In this document: one piece after another, positions 51,083-64,000 of the stretch
How the letters are laid out: each line of letters opens with the position of its first letter
How positions within the stretch are numbered: position 1 is the first letter of the stretch
From: Intoshia linei
Lineage: Eukaryota > Animalia > Orthonectida
DNA length: 64,000 nucleotides
Direction: 5' to 3'
Assembly: GCA_001642005.1 (NCBI GenBank)
Contig: LWCA01000031.1
Coordinates: 1-64,000, forward strand
Made by a program: the position numbers and the translations under genes
Notes under the pieces: generated by a model
Database searches by the model: none
The model's input: only the letters and a program-made list of their open reading frames with translations
What the model was told of the DNA's origin: nothing

Positions 51083-51193
51083 TTTAAATATGTATATATT
51101 TTATTAAATGTAACTTTTTATCTAAATTTAAATATTCCTTTATTTGCTTTGGAAAAAATTTATTTTAAAATTTTGACAAGATAAAATTATTAG

Positions 51194-51455
51194 TTATTCC
51201 GTTAACAGGTAGTAAATGAACCCTAAAAATTAGAAATTTAAATTTTAAATTAAGTATACCTGCTATAGGTGTACAAAAGGCACATAGCAGTATTGTAATT
51301 AATAGTCTTTTCGAATTATTACTATGATTTTGAACTATTACAGTTGTATCTTGTGGAGGTTGATTAACTATTACGTGTTGTGTTGTTCCTTGTTCATGTT
51401 GAAATTCTGAGCTTCGGTATTGTGGAGGTGGTTGGTTTTGAATAGTGGTCTTCAT
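51194..51455 (-). CDS. Small Gln/Pro-rich tail-anchored membrane protein, about 74 aa (CYSTM/Pmp3-like layout). Exons 51455-51260 and 51222-51194
   Basis: MKTTIQNQPPPQY...VIVNQPPQDTTVIVQ...LLITILLCAFCTPIAG|FIYYLLTE*, with a 37-nt GT-AG intron. Confidence 0.65.
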
Positions 51456-52146
51456 TGCAATACTACCAAACAATGTTTTAATTTATTGTTAATTAAGTAA
51501 CTTTATTAAAATTTGATGTAAATATACTTTTTAAAATATTATGTAAACAAATTCATGATAATGTGCGTTACTCATATTTTAAAATATATTTCGGTGGCGT
51601 AACGCAGTGATTCTTAACATTTAACTATAAATTATTCTAATAACTTTTATTTTATTTTAATACATTTTAAACGATTAATTCTAACCTTTTAACCGCAGCG
51701 TCATAAAAATATTTTACCGCTCATTATTATAATTTTTTGTTATACATATACAAAATAAAAATTCAATTCAAAATTCAATGGCAGCTTTTACAGGTGAATC
51801 AAAAAATGTGTAATAATTTTATTTGAGTGGGTCGCGATACATTTTATAGTAAATTAAATAGTAGGTCCACTGTAAAAAAATTGTGGGAACCCCTTGCGTA
51901 TATAACAATTAGGGAATTTTTTTGTCAATAAAATCAATTTTTTCAACGTAGAATATGAGAAAATGCATTTTACATGTTAAATATATTTAGTCAGTTGTAG
52001 ACATTATTTAAATGTCAATAAATGAATTTACACGAATGTATATATCGTATAGAATTTGTAAAACTGTGAAATGTACACATTATATGGGCAAGTTGTAGAA
52101 TGTATACATGTAGTATATATCTTTACTTATACATTATATAATTGTA

Positions 52147-52445
52147 CTAGGTTGACTGTAATGTACTACGTACAAACAGGATTTAGCTCTGCCGAGGAAA
52201 CATTTTTATTACACCAAAAAAATAAATTAACATTGAAAATCTAAATTAAAAATCCTAATATTCAATATTATGAATTCTTTAAAGGAGTGGTTCCCAAAAT
52301 TTTTTCAGGTGGAACCATCATATCACATTACTTTTTACTTTAAAGTGAATTATTCCATCTTAATTTTTTTTGTTAACATTTGCGTAAAGAATTTTAAAAA
52401 CAATTGTTATCCCATTTTTTGAATTTATTAGACAGAATGTGTGTA
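52147..52445 (-). mobile_element. Helitron 3' portion
   Basis: A|CTAGGTTGACTGTAATGTACTACGTACAAACAG...CTCTGCCGAG, reverse-collinear with 36980-37275. Confidence 0.8.
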
Positions 52446-54054
52446 ATACACAATATTTAATATACTTTAACAAATATTAACAAACTAAATTGTAAAATTT
52501 CAATATAAAAATTATATTTTAGGCAATAGATTTATGCAAATAGAACATTATAACTCTAACACTGCGATATTTTTGTTTTTAATGTTTCGTCGTATAAAGT
52601 ATTCTAATTTGCACTGAAATTGAATTATTTGGATTTTTTATGTCAAGATGAAAAAATAAAAAATTTTTATCATTTCGACGATTTGAGACATTTTTGTAAC
52701 GTCACATCAATGTTTATTTTTGATTCTGATCAATTGGTAAAAGTTTTATTGTGTATTTATGATGAAATTAAACATATTACATCAGTGGTTCCCAACTTTA
52801 TTAAGTTCACTCTTCCTTTACAATATATTTTTTTACTTTATTGAGTTATAAATTAGATTATTATTTGTCATCATCCATTATATGCAAAATGAACAATGTT
52901 CATTGAACTTAAAGAAAATTATAATTATAATGAAACAAATTACTCAACCTTGTTAAATAAAGAAACTTTTAATTTAGACCGTGAAAGGTTTAGGAGAAAT
53001 GGGGGTCCGTGGAATTTTAAGTTTTAAACTTATTTTTATATTTATATTTAGTAGTTGGATATGATGGGATATACACAAATCGAAAATTTGACCACACGCA
53101 GTCTAAATATCTTAAATAAATGAACGTAAATAATCAACAAAAATAAACACATTTAATATTAAGTGCTATATTTTGTGTAAAATTAAAAAAGGGTTTCCAA
53201 ATAAAAAATCTTTCATTAATTAATAAAAGGGTGCGCGAACGCTACCCAACCATAACAAATTTTTTGCTCAACAAAGCTAATGCAATGTTACGGATGCCTT
53301 TAAAATTGTAAGCAATATAATAACGACATCTGGCCCGAGAGCTATATGATCATCTCGGATACTGCAGTCGTAAATTAACTATACAGTAATATCATTCTCT
53401 TAAATGGAAAATATTTTGAAAAAATTAAATTTCAATGCATAATATATTCAAATTTAAATTTTACCATATTAAAGGAATGAGTTTAAATAAATTTTTAAAT
53501 AAACCAATAATATTTATATAGTGGAATATGTTATTAAAAAAAATTTTTAATTTATTTTTATTAGTTGATTTTACCTGTTAATTCATTATAAAGTAATTTT
53601 TTTTTATGTTAATTACTTTGACAAATTTTTTTTATATTTTTTGATTTAATCGCAATTTTTAAATCAGATAAATTAAAATGTATGAATTAATAATGCAGTG
53701 TTGTATACTATAACTTGGTAGTGTATCTTACATGTATTCAACTACATTTAAACCGTACAATGTACATTTTTTGTGTGGGTCTGTCATCAAAAAATCTAAG
53801 AAACACTGGTTTAAACGTTTGAAATAATTAATATAAATATCCAAAATTATTCCCGAAATCATCCCCTTATCTCAAAAAGGTTTCCACCTCAGTTGGATAC
53901 TTACATACAGAAAGACTATCTTTAGGATAGAAAAAAATAATTTTAAAAATGGTTCGATTAAATTTATCGCATTTACATTTGTTAATAAATTATTTAAATT
54001 CAGTTAAGAGTGCATTATCGTGGATTCAATCGTATAATGTTATGTACTCGGTGC

Positions 54055-54492
54055 CAGTGGCAGATCTAGGATTTGGGGCTAAATGCATATAATGTATTTA
54101 AATTTGAATTTTTATATTATGTTTATTAAATATTTCTATTTATAATAATAATTTATATTTTTTTCTAGTTTTCATTTTACTAAATTTTTCAATGTTGAAC
54201 ATTCAACTGTTGTGTTGTTTAACTGCATCAAAATCGACATTTTTGGCAAATTCTCTTGTGATTATGATCAACGTTAGGTCCTTAACGATAATTTAACTTA
54301 AACTGATGCTATTAGCATAAAAAATAATACATAGATTAATGATAAATGATGATTATATACATAATACGTAAACGATGGGTTCAATAAAAATTATTTAATT
54401 TGTCACAATATCAATACACAAATTAAAACATTTTATAGGTAAATTTTCAAACCAGGGGCGGCCGCCCCTGCACCCACCTAGATCCGCTACTG
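54055..54492. mobile_element. hAT (Tip100-like) non-autonomous element
   Basis: TIR CAGTGGCAGATCTAG / CTAGATCCGCTACTG, flanks CTCGGTGC/CTCCGTGC (7/8 TSD). Confidence 0.8.
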
Positions 54493-54688
54493 CTCCGTGC
54501 ATCTGAGGTAGTTTATTATTAATTTATAGAACCACTGATAAATTATTAGTATTATTAATATATTTTTTTAGCCATCAAGATATTTCATTTATACATTAGG
54601 AAACAATTTAATATTTGGTTCGTTTCTAATATTAACTTTTTTGTTGGATTAGCAATTGCATAGTTAAATATTTGTTTAAAGTATATAA

Positions 54689-57086
54689 ATGCAAATCTTT
54701 AAAAATTGGTTTATAACAACGGTATATATAATTTGATGATTTTATAAAGATAAAAATAGGTAGTTCTGTTATTGCTTTTTTCTTCGATATTTCTTGGAAT
54801 AATTTATTCGATAATACACTATGCGAATTATTTGTATTTGATTTATTTTTATAAGCAAATTTTAATATTTATAAAATAAACAACCTTGCAATTTTAGAAA
54901 AACTCTAGTTCCCATTAAATGGAAAGTTCTTTCTCTAAAAATGCCAGCATTCCAATGTGGATTTACAGGCTCATTCGTGTACTATGAAAATTTTGTAATA
55001 CGTTCAATATATTCACTACAATAAAAATTAATGCAGTAGACGCCAAACAATATTTTGGTGAATCAAACAAATTATTTGCAGTTTTTTATGTAATGTGACA
55101 GTAGATTATTAAAAATTTTTCGCGAACCGATATTTCGCAAACGCTGCATTACTACAACAGATCAAACTGCATAAATCGAATAAATAAATAATTAATTTAG
55201 TATAACAAAAACGAATGTAATAACACAGAAAACCCAATTATAATTGATGGAGTAAAGTAATTTCATTTTTAATTTTAGATAGTTATATGACTGTTGAAAA
55301 ATAAGATCAAATAAAAAATCTAACTTTCCAGTGAGTATAAATGTTAATTCCCTATTAATCAATTCGATATTTTGACCAAAATAAAACTTTAATATATAAA
55401 TTAATTAATTTTTCAAAAAAATACATTTATTTTTCTTATCTGAAACTTTTTGATTAGTATCCTACTAAATACATGTATGCAAAATATAAATATTAAAAAT
55501 TGTTAACCAATAAAATAAAAGAAAATACAAATGTATCAATCAAAATAAAATTCAAATAATGTTTCAACATAGATATGCCTGTTTTAAAATTTTGCCAAAT
55601 GGCGCAATTTATTTTTATCTAATTTATAAAAAGTTTATTTGAAAAATAAATTTGTAGCCACTTGCAAATTGCAAGTATTATACTGATTATAATTATAATC
55701 AAATCAAAAAAATGAAAATTTTGTAAATTTAACCCGCGTTATTTACAACATTTATTTGTTTTTTATTTTTTATTTACGTGTTAATAACCTTGAGATGCAA
55801 CATGCCAGGTTACCGTGTTAATTAGTTCACATTAATTTTTGGCGCTATTTTTTCATGCACAGGTAATATTTCTGATTTTATTCAAATCCTTTTTATTGAT
55901 TTCACGCAAAAATTCGATTCTACTTTATATTGACAATGTTAAATGTTAATAATCGTTGGATTTATAGAGATTTTTATCAAATATTGATTTAGTGGCATAC
56001 ATTCAACTATTAAGAAGATTTTGATTATAATTTTATTACTCTTAATATAATCTTTCAGTTTACAACATACATGTATTTATATACTAAATGAAATTTTTGA
56101 AAGCATCATAAATCCTGAGTCTAAAATTAATTTTTTATATTTTAGAGGGTTATATGAAAATGGAGAATATGCTAAATATTGTTTAGGTCCTTATTTCAAT
56201 TTTAATTTTATCAAGGTAAATGAATAATTTAAAATTAAATCTTAAATATTTTAATAATACATTTTAGTTTATTGTATAGTTTAGAATATTAGCAGTGAAA
56301 TGAATGATTATTGGTACAGCTATAAAATAATTAATGAGCGGTATTGGTAAACTTTAACATCATATATCATTTATTCTAAAAAGTGGGAATGGGCCTAGGG
56401 TTCTTTTATAATATAACTAAATTTGAAAAAAAGTTTCAAATATTTATTTACAAATCTGAAGTGTTTGATATATTTTAAATTATTTTATTTTGTACTTTTT
56501 TAAATTAAAGAATAATTACAATATTTAAAAAATTTTCAAAACCGCACAAAATCGTAATGCAACTTGCACTCAAAGACAGGACCGTGTAGAGGGATAGAGC
56601 CATATGGCCCGGTTTACAATGATGAGGGGCCGAATATTTTAATTTATTAATAAGTAATTTGGAAAATTTCTTAATTATGTCAAAATTAATATGACCAATG
56701 CGATTTACAACTGTTATTTTCAATTTTTAGGCAATAAAAGATCGATTAAACCAGTTATTCCGATTGAGGTCTCTGGACCCCTTGGTGACCCAAAACTATA
56801 TGCTTGGGGTCCGTGAGATTCAAATGAAATGTAAAAAAAATTTATTCAAATTTTGTTTATTTAAATTTAAATAAATAGTATTTTTAAAGGACGACAATTT
56901 GGTATACATTTGCTGTTTGTACATTCAATAATGCAAATATGAATCAATATGAGTATTTCCTAAATACTTTAAATATTTACAAGTCATTCGATATAACTAG
57001 GTAATTTATTAAAATGTACCAATACATTTATTTATAGAAAATTAAAAGATGGAAACATTGAATTTTCATGCAAAAAATCTTACACA
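54689..57086 (+). CDS. Putative multi-micro-exon membrane-protein gene absent from the ORF track. Candidate exons 54689-54721, 54760-54833, 54898-54994, 55040-55089, 56146-56215, 56285-56340, 57038-57086; 3' end unresolved
   Basis: Phase-compatible GT-AG junctions give MQIFKNWFITT|VVLLLLFSSIFLGIIYSIIHYANYL|KTLVPIKWKVLSLKMPAFQCGFTGSFVYYENF|TPNNILVNQTNYLQFF... with one clear N-terminal TM. The later exons are tentative. Confidence 0.4.
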
Positions 57087-58484
57087 GTAATAAATTATTA
57101 TTACTAATAATAATGTTAGTACATTTTTTTATGTTATTAAATCGAGCAATACATTAGCTGTGATTATAATATTATTTCGAAATGGCAAGTTTCGATTATT
57201 TTAAGGTTTTAGAATGCTTTCTGTAAATGTCCCAAACTTTTTTCTAGCAGTGTAGTACTAACTTAGTCCATATCAGAGGTATCCATCCTCTTGTACTAAC
57301 GAAACGATAAAATATCATTATTACTATCACATTTATTGTAATGTAAACTAGGAGTGCCCAAACTTTTTTTGATGCGATCGACTTCTTTTTCAATGAGTGG
57401 CGATTGACTAATACATTGACTCGAAAAAGTTTTTGATAACTACCTATGTTAAAAATTAAACTAAATTATAATTAATAATAAAAAATATGGTATGATCCTA
57501 GAAAACTTAAAAATTAAAATTCGGAATAATTTTAAGAACTTTCGCTGTATATTTGAAAATTATTGGCAAAACCTAGTATAAGAAATAGTGAACTAATCCA
57601 AATGTTATAATTTAGTGTAGCAAGCATATCATTTAATAATATTGATACACAAGGGTTAATAAGTAAAATTCCCATTCCACATATAATAAACTACTTTTTA
57701 AAAATATATAAATACAATTAAATTTTATAAATATTAAGATAAATTATTTTAAAATAGAGATCATTTTAATGACAAGTATTATTAAAATAAAAAATTAATT
57801 CCAATTTTTTATATTTGGCGATCGACAGGTTGGACATCTCTAGGGTAAATTATACATTTTTACAAATTAAAAATTATTTAAAAATTGACCAAGAATATGT
57901 TTTTTAGGATTCTTTTCATTTAATAAAAGAGTAGAAAAGGTTTTTGACCTTGAAGAATTCATATTCTGAGAATGATTTTTGCAATAAAGACTTTATTGTT
58001 GAGTTTTGAAATGGTCCTGAAATATGGGTCTTATGGTTAAAAAGTTGGAAATACCTCATCTAAATTATTTATTACACAAATTAACATAAATTAAACGTAA
58101 ATTAAATTGTAGACTACACAAATAGAAGAAATATTTAACCCACATACAACAAATCTATATTGTAAAACAAGGGTAAATTTATTTATATATACAGAGCGAT
58201 TACATCATGAAATTTTGGAAAATTATACCAAATTCCAAATATATGTATTTAAATAGATTTATACACAAACTAAGTCAGTGTAGTTTCATAGAATCTATTT
58301 TTGTGTGTATAGTTGGATGAGTCAGGTACCATCTAAATATGTACCTGGGATATACATTAGGGTGTTACCAAAATCACAAAAATAAAAATTTGCCCAATTA
58401 AGAAAAAGGTTAATTATTTTAAGTAAAACTAATTTTTAATTTATTAACTGATTTAAATACGATAATGAATAAGAATATTTTATG

Positions 58485-59464
58485 GCAAATTTGGCATTTT
58501 GCATATATAGTGGTTTCTGTTTAATATGAATACTGTATAATATGAATTTCATGAAAATAAGTTATATTTGTATAGTATTTATGTGAAAAAGTTTTTAATA
58601 TGAATTTCATTCAATATGAAGTGTGAATATGAATTTGAAGAGAAAAAGATTTTTCGATAAATGATAAAATAAAATTGATTAAACTGTTTGACGAATATTC
58701 AAATCGATCTCAAAAATATTTAGCCACCAAACACTCAATTTCAGTAGGTTTGATAAATAAGTCGTTAAAAAATTGTGAACAAATCCTTAATTGTAATAAT
58801 TTAAATTTGAATCAGATGAAACAGCCTTGCCTAAGGAAATCTATGAAAATTGAATCAGTGGTTTCAACGTCAACGGACATTAAATATAAGTATAAATGGC
58901 AATATATTGAAAGAAATAACGCTGGAAATTGCCAGTCTTTTGAATTTGAACGATTTTAAGCCTCTACTGGTTGTTTTAATTCTTTTTTAACCAGAGATTC
59001 TATTAAATCAAAAAAATTGTAGGAGAATCAAAATTAGTCAGAGAGTCTAAAATATAATAATGGAAAGAATTATTTTCTGAAACTGTAGAAAAATATAGAA
59101 ATGATAACATATTTAACTGTGATGAAACCAGATCTTATAAAAGATTACTCCAGATCCAGATATATTAGAAACTATTTTCCATTGGAAAAATAAATACTTA
59201 TACATTTCTGTTAATATTCACTTGATTCTTAATTCATATTGTACAGAAACCACTGTACTCATCAATTTAGTTAAATTTGAATTCAATAGCCACGATCATT
59301 AAAGATTTGCTTTTTGTTATTCTAATAGAATTAATTGGTTGAAGTATCACATAACCACTTATAAACTTGAGAATATTGTATAAAATTAACAATAAATTAA
59401 TCTAAAGTTTTCATAATCCTATAAATTTGTAATATTTCCGAGGCCCCACGGTTGGAAAACACTG
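58485..59464. mobile_element. Partial copy of the Buster element at 22885-23528, hosting a Tigger insertion
   Basis: The flanks of the Tigger rejoin to GGCATTTTG(C/A)ATATACTCATCAATTTAG, as at 23252-23280. Ends GGTTGGAAAACACTG. Confidence 0.75.
58508..59255 (+). mobile_element. Tigger/pogo deletion derivative
   Basis: TIR (T/C)AGTGGTTTCTGT...ACAGAAACCACTG with TA on both sides. Contains CENP-B-type HTH SQKYLATKHSISVGLINKSLKN and YRNDNIFNCDET. Confidence 0.8.
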
Positions 59465-59832
59465 ATTTAACTATATGCAAATAATATTTTTCATTTTTGT
59501 TCCACGCAAGACGCATCAATTTACTTGTATTTTTTTAAAAAATAATATTTAGAAAGAAAAACAGTATCTAATTAAAATAGATGTGTTCTTGAATGCCTCT
59601 GTCGCCCGTAAATTTACATCAAAAAGCACTTGCAAAGACAACAATGGTTTATGGTTAATAAATGAACCATGCATCTGATTTGTTTTCAATAAAAATAGTT
59701 TATTCCATATTGTTATTCATATCGATGACATCCACAATACATTTAATTTTCGATACATTTCCGAATAATCATTAGTTACCACAAAATATCAATAAATTTA
59801 TATTTATTGCCATTTTAACATAAAAAACCATA

Positions 59833-62800
59833 ATGGATAACATAATTGAACAGCAGAGATATTGGCACGAATTAGCCGATAGATTATTAGATGGAATAGT
59901 TGAAGAAAAATTGGTTACTGGAAAGACTGTAATTCAAAATTAATTAAAATAACGTAATTTACGTGTACTTTTAGTTGAGAGATAAAGTGAACAGCAACTA
60001 TCGTCTTCATGTATTAACTAACGTAAAATTTAATTTTTATTAAATTTAACGTTAAATTAGAGATATCTTAAAACAGTACGACTTTTAAAAGAATCATATG
60101 CTGATGTGGATGGGTAGCAATTTATAAAATATAAATAAGAATACTTCAAAATTTTTTTAGAATTAGAAAAAAGGTAATCAAAGAATTTGCTGGGCCAAAT
60201 GAAATTTCTATATTTTATAGCAAATTGAGAGCCATCAAAAATTACCACAAAAAAAATCCAAATTTGGTAAATTTTACAAAATGTTGTATATGACAATTAT
60301 AATTTTTCAATATAGATTCATATTCCGTTATCTGCAGAATTTGAAGCTATTAAGAAACAACGAGAAAATCAGGATGAAGATGTTATAAGTCATTTTTTTA
60401 TATTTTTATTTACTAATTTTTTGTTTAAAGTTTATTTAATTTATTTTTTTAGATTTAGTCACTTTCTCAGATGTGGAAGGTTATGGTCGCTATCTAGATT
60501 TAAACGACATATTTAACACTTATTTGAATATTAAAGGAATTGCGGTAATAGAGTTGTAAACCTTAATTTAATTATAATATTTAGAAAATTGATTATGTTA
60601 CATATTTGACAATTTTTGACCGACTTTTCGATATTCCAAAAGAAAAAAAATTTAATGTTTCTTATAAGAAGTATACTACATATTTTTATTCATTACTACT
60701 CTTGTTTTAGCTATCTTAACAAACTGTTGGATTATTTGGTAGAATTTAGTGGCAGAATTGATCCCAACAAAGATTTGGTTGTTGTAATATTATTATATTG
60801 ATACTTTAATTTTTGCTGAAGATAATTAAAAATTGACGTATATTATAGGAATATGGTCAAATTCGAAAACATTTTTTGCAGTCTTGGTCAGATGGAACGT
60901 TTAAGGGTTGGCAGGTGATTTTTAAATTTTTTTAAATTTAATAGCGTTTAGAAAGAGGCGACAACCGCACTGACAAAGGCTGGAGCCTATTTAGATCTTA
61001 CTCCTTTTTCTTCTTGGCAAGAATTGACTCCGTTAGGATTAGGTAGGTTGAAATCGGCTTTGCAGCATTTGGGATGCAAAATTGGAGGGTATATTATTTT
61101 TGTCATATTTGGTATTATATAATAGGTCTTTGGAGGAACGAGCTCAAAGGTTGTTTCATACTAAAAATAAGGATGTTACTCAACTTGATAAATCATTTTT
61201 TACTACTAAATCGAACGGAAAATCTAATAATACGTAATTAATTTATTACACTGATCACCAAAATGTAAAATTGTTTCGACCTTCAGGCATATTTTTGTTT
61301 AGACCGATAGACAAATTGAAAAATCATCATAAACTATTCAATTTTCTGATTTTTTTAATGTATATATCGTCATAATCAGAAAGTGGCAGGTTACTAATTT
61401 TACAAAAATTGGTCGTTTTAATATGGAATTGCTCTATTACACGGTGCAACACTGAAAAATAAAATCAGATAAAATTTATATCATTAGAACACTAAAGTTC
61501 TAGATAACAAATTGTATAATTCAGAATTATATTTGGAGATCGGGTTCAAAAGTTATTTCCACTTTCAAAATTCTAAATAATAAATAAATTTTTTTATATT
61601 AATGTAGACTTTTGCAACGCGATGTATTTAAATATTACTTATTCAAATTTATCACAAATAAGTTGTAATTATAAAAATGTAGATAAATTTTGTACAATAT
61701 GCGGCGTATACATAAAAAAAGACATAAATTATCTCATGGAAACCAAGCTAAATTTGAAAATAACCAAAATATTAAATTTTTTACTAATATTAAAATACGT
61801 ATTTTTATGTATTCTTTAAATGAAAATAACTCTATGGCGGGTGATCTGAGCTAACCGTGAAGTTAATCGCGAATTGTAGCGGATGAGTAAACACTTTAAT
61901 AATTTTAAATAATTTTACGTATTATCGAAAAAAACCAATTCACTTGGGGGCTTTAAGGTCAAAGTTATTGAGTTTGATACGATGGATTTATCAAAACAAA
62001 AAATAAATTACATCATCAGAAAGCCACTGCGAAATAACTTATAAAATTATCAAATAATTTTTTAAAAATTAATTTTAATGAATTCATATTACAATTTATA
62101 CGAATTGGAATTTCCATATAACACTTATTTTTAGCCTAAATAATCATTTTTCAGGTATATATAAATATAGTTTAACGATCTGAAACTATAAGATCCTATA
62201 TATCGTTAAAATTCTAATCGTGAGTAGATTAAGAATAAAGTAATCTTATAATGTATCGCAAAAATTTTAATTTTGTTGAACCGTGTTATAATATTAATTA
62301 TAATTTTCGTTAATTTAAATATCTCATAATCAGTTGAATCAAAAAAATTGGTTAATTATTGAATAAATTTTATTTTATTGTTATTTTAGCGAAGCAAATT
62401 TTGAATTAGCATGGTTGGAGTGTAAATTATATCATTTGTTTGATTACTTGACTGAACAGCGCAAAAATACTAGAGAAAACACTGAAAGAAAGCAAGCGCG
62501 AACTGCACAAGAATTAATTGACGAAGAAAGTGACGATGAAGCTTCAGAATCTGAACAAGAAGTTGAAACCTTTGATTCCGTTCCTTACAACCCAAAAAAT
62601 TTGCCTTTAGGGTGGGACGGTAAACCTATTCCTTATTGGCTTTATAAATTGCATGGATTAAATATTCATTATACATGTGAAATTTGCGGCGATGCTTCCT
62701 ACCGTGGACCTAAAGCATTTTCCATGCATTTTAGTGACTGGCGTCATTCTGCCGGTATGAGAATATTAGGAATTCCCAACAGTCCTCATTTTGCTAATAT

Positions 62801-63058
62801 TGTGAAAATTAAAGATGCTCTCATGTGTAATTTTTAATTGAACGTTTACATTTAAATGGTCTAAAATTTTTATTTAGTATGGGAAACAATTTGTCAAACC
62901 AAAGATAAAGACAAGTGGATTCCGGAAGATGAAGTAATTTCTATATATCAAATATAAATTAATTTAATTTAAATGTATAGGAGGAGTTTGAAGATTCACG
63001 AGGGAATGTGATTAATAACAAGACGTATCACGATCTCAAACGGCAAGGACTAGTTTAA
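59833..63058 (+). CDS. SF3A3: Splicing factor 3A subunit 3 (Prp9). 14 exons: 59833-59928, 59975-60022, 60061-60113, 60161-60266, 60316-60388, 60453-60544, 60585-60670, 60711-60783, 60849-60914, 60952-61088, 61126-61233, 62390-62826, 62878-62933, 62981-63058
   Basis: MDNIIEQQRYWHE, FSDVEGYGRYLDL, LEERAQRLF, YNPKNLPLGWDGKPIPYWLYKLHGL, CEICG...HFSDWRH and EEFEDSRGNV...DLKRQGLV. All junctions are GT-AG and in phase. Confidence 0.97.
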
Positions 63059-64000
63059 TTATTGGTTGAAATGTATATATTTTTAATTAAATTATTTTAT
63101 ATTTATTTATTAAATTTTGCTGGGTTTTAAAACACGTTTATACATCGTTTTATTATAAACGTAATTGAACAATTGTAATGCTACAAATAGCATCAATTGT
63201 TACCATTTTCTATATTATAATTATTTCTCAGTGTAGGCAGCATAAAAATTTCTTATCTTACAATTTTTTTTATAATTAAGTTTGAAAGACAATTATAATT
63301 ACAGATAAAGGTGATAAGATACATGTTACAGATATCCATAATATTACATTGTACAAAAAAACAAAACATTTCACCTTTGTTTTTACGATTTACAGTTATA
63401 TTAGTGTGACCAGAAAAAAAACGTACTATATATTTTAGTTTATTTGGCGATAAATGTAAAGTCAAAACTACTTATCTATGATGACGAATAAAAATTTTCG
63501 GCTTAAAATTTATTCCAAATAAACTAAAAGTGATAGTACGTTTATTTTCTGGTAACATTAGTTATATTCAAAATTACGTCAACATCACAAATATTTTATA
63601 TAAATTTCATTTATTCTTAATCCTTTCATAAATTATGACAAAAATCGACCTAATTATACTACAGTGTACTTACTTGTACAGTAGGGTGTCCACTTTTTTA
63701 AAAATCGAAAAGTATATTTGCATATAGGTGTGTTTTTATGCACTTATCACGAATATGTGAAAATTAATTCATTTAATTGAAATTAAAAACATTTGATATT
63801 ATTTTTAAAAATGTGAACTATACTTTATTACACTATTTATTTTTAATGATAATGTATTATTAATCTAAATCTTAATGTGCTATAATGTTAATAATGTATT
63901 ACTCTTTATTAGTGTTGTAGTGATATATAACTATCGTACTAATCGAAATTGGAATATATACTTTTGATATAACTCAATTGTGATGTCTAACTGGCAGAGT

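Noticed and set aside
53896-53930. ATACTTAC (U1-like 5' end) next to AAGACTAT (U3-like 5' end)
   Set aside because: The matches are only about 8 nt, with no Sm site, stem-loops or C/D boxes downstream. Such matches are expected by chance.
61830-61895. Short GC-richer patch in the long SF3A3 intron as a candidate snoRNA or ribozyme
   Set aside because: There is no convincing C/D or H/ACA box arrangement or hammerhead core, and it lies beside probable transposon debris.

Overview
A very AT-rich window from a compact animal genome, not a prokaryote. It has spliceosomal GT-AG introns that are either tiny (mostly 33-51 nt) or swollen with transposons. This architecture recalls the orthonectid parasite Intoshia, but that is inference only. 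Gene models rebuilt by hand: three divergent SLC16/MCT-type transporter paralogues with identical intron positions, ALG11, a TOM20-like fragment, EIF3H, BRK1, a divergent 7TM GPCR-like gene, a two-exon orphan, WDR7 (rabconnectin-3 beta), XAB2/SYF1, a small tail-anchored membrane protein, a probable multi-exon membrane-protein gene missed by the ORF track, and a 14-exon SF3A3. Most intergenic and long-intron DNA is transposon-derived. It is dominated by a non-autonomous Helitron family (A|TC...hairpin-CTAG|T), with hAT/Buster elements carrying 8-bp TSDs, a Mutator-like foldback with a 9-bp TSD, and Tigger, Tc1, Chapaev and Gypsy remnants. One TE nest is four levels deep. The four N gaps show that the 19.5-31.3 kb blocks are probably in the wrong order. 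I found no unambiguous new biological system. The best leads are the rewired TM8 residues of the SLC16 paralogues, the cryptic membrane-protein gene, near-abutting convergent genes with AATAAA embedded in the stop codon, and stopless in-frame micro-introns.
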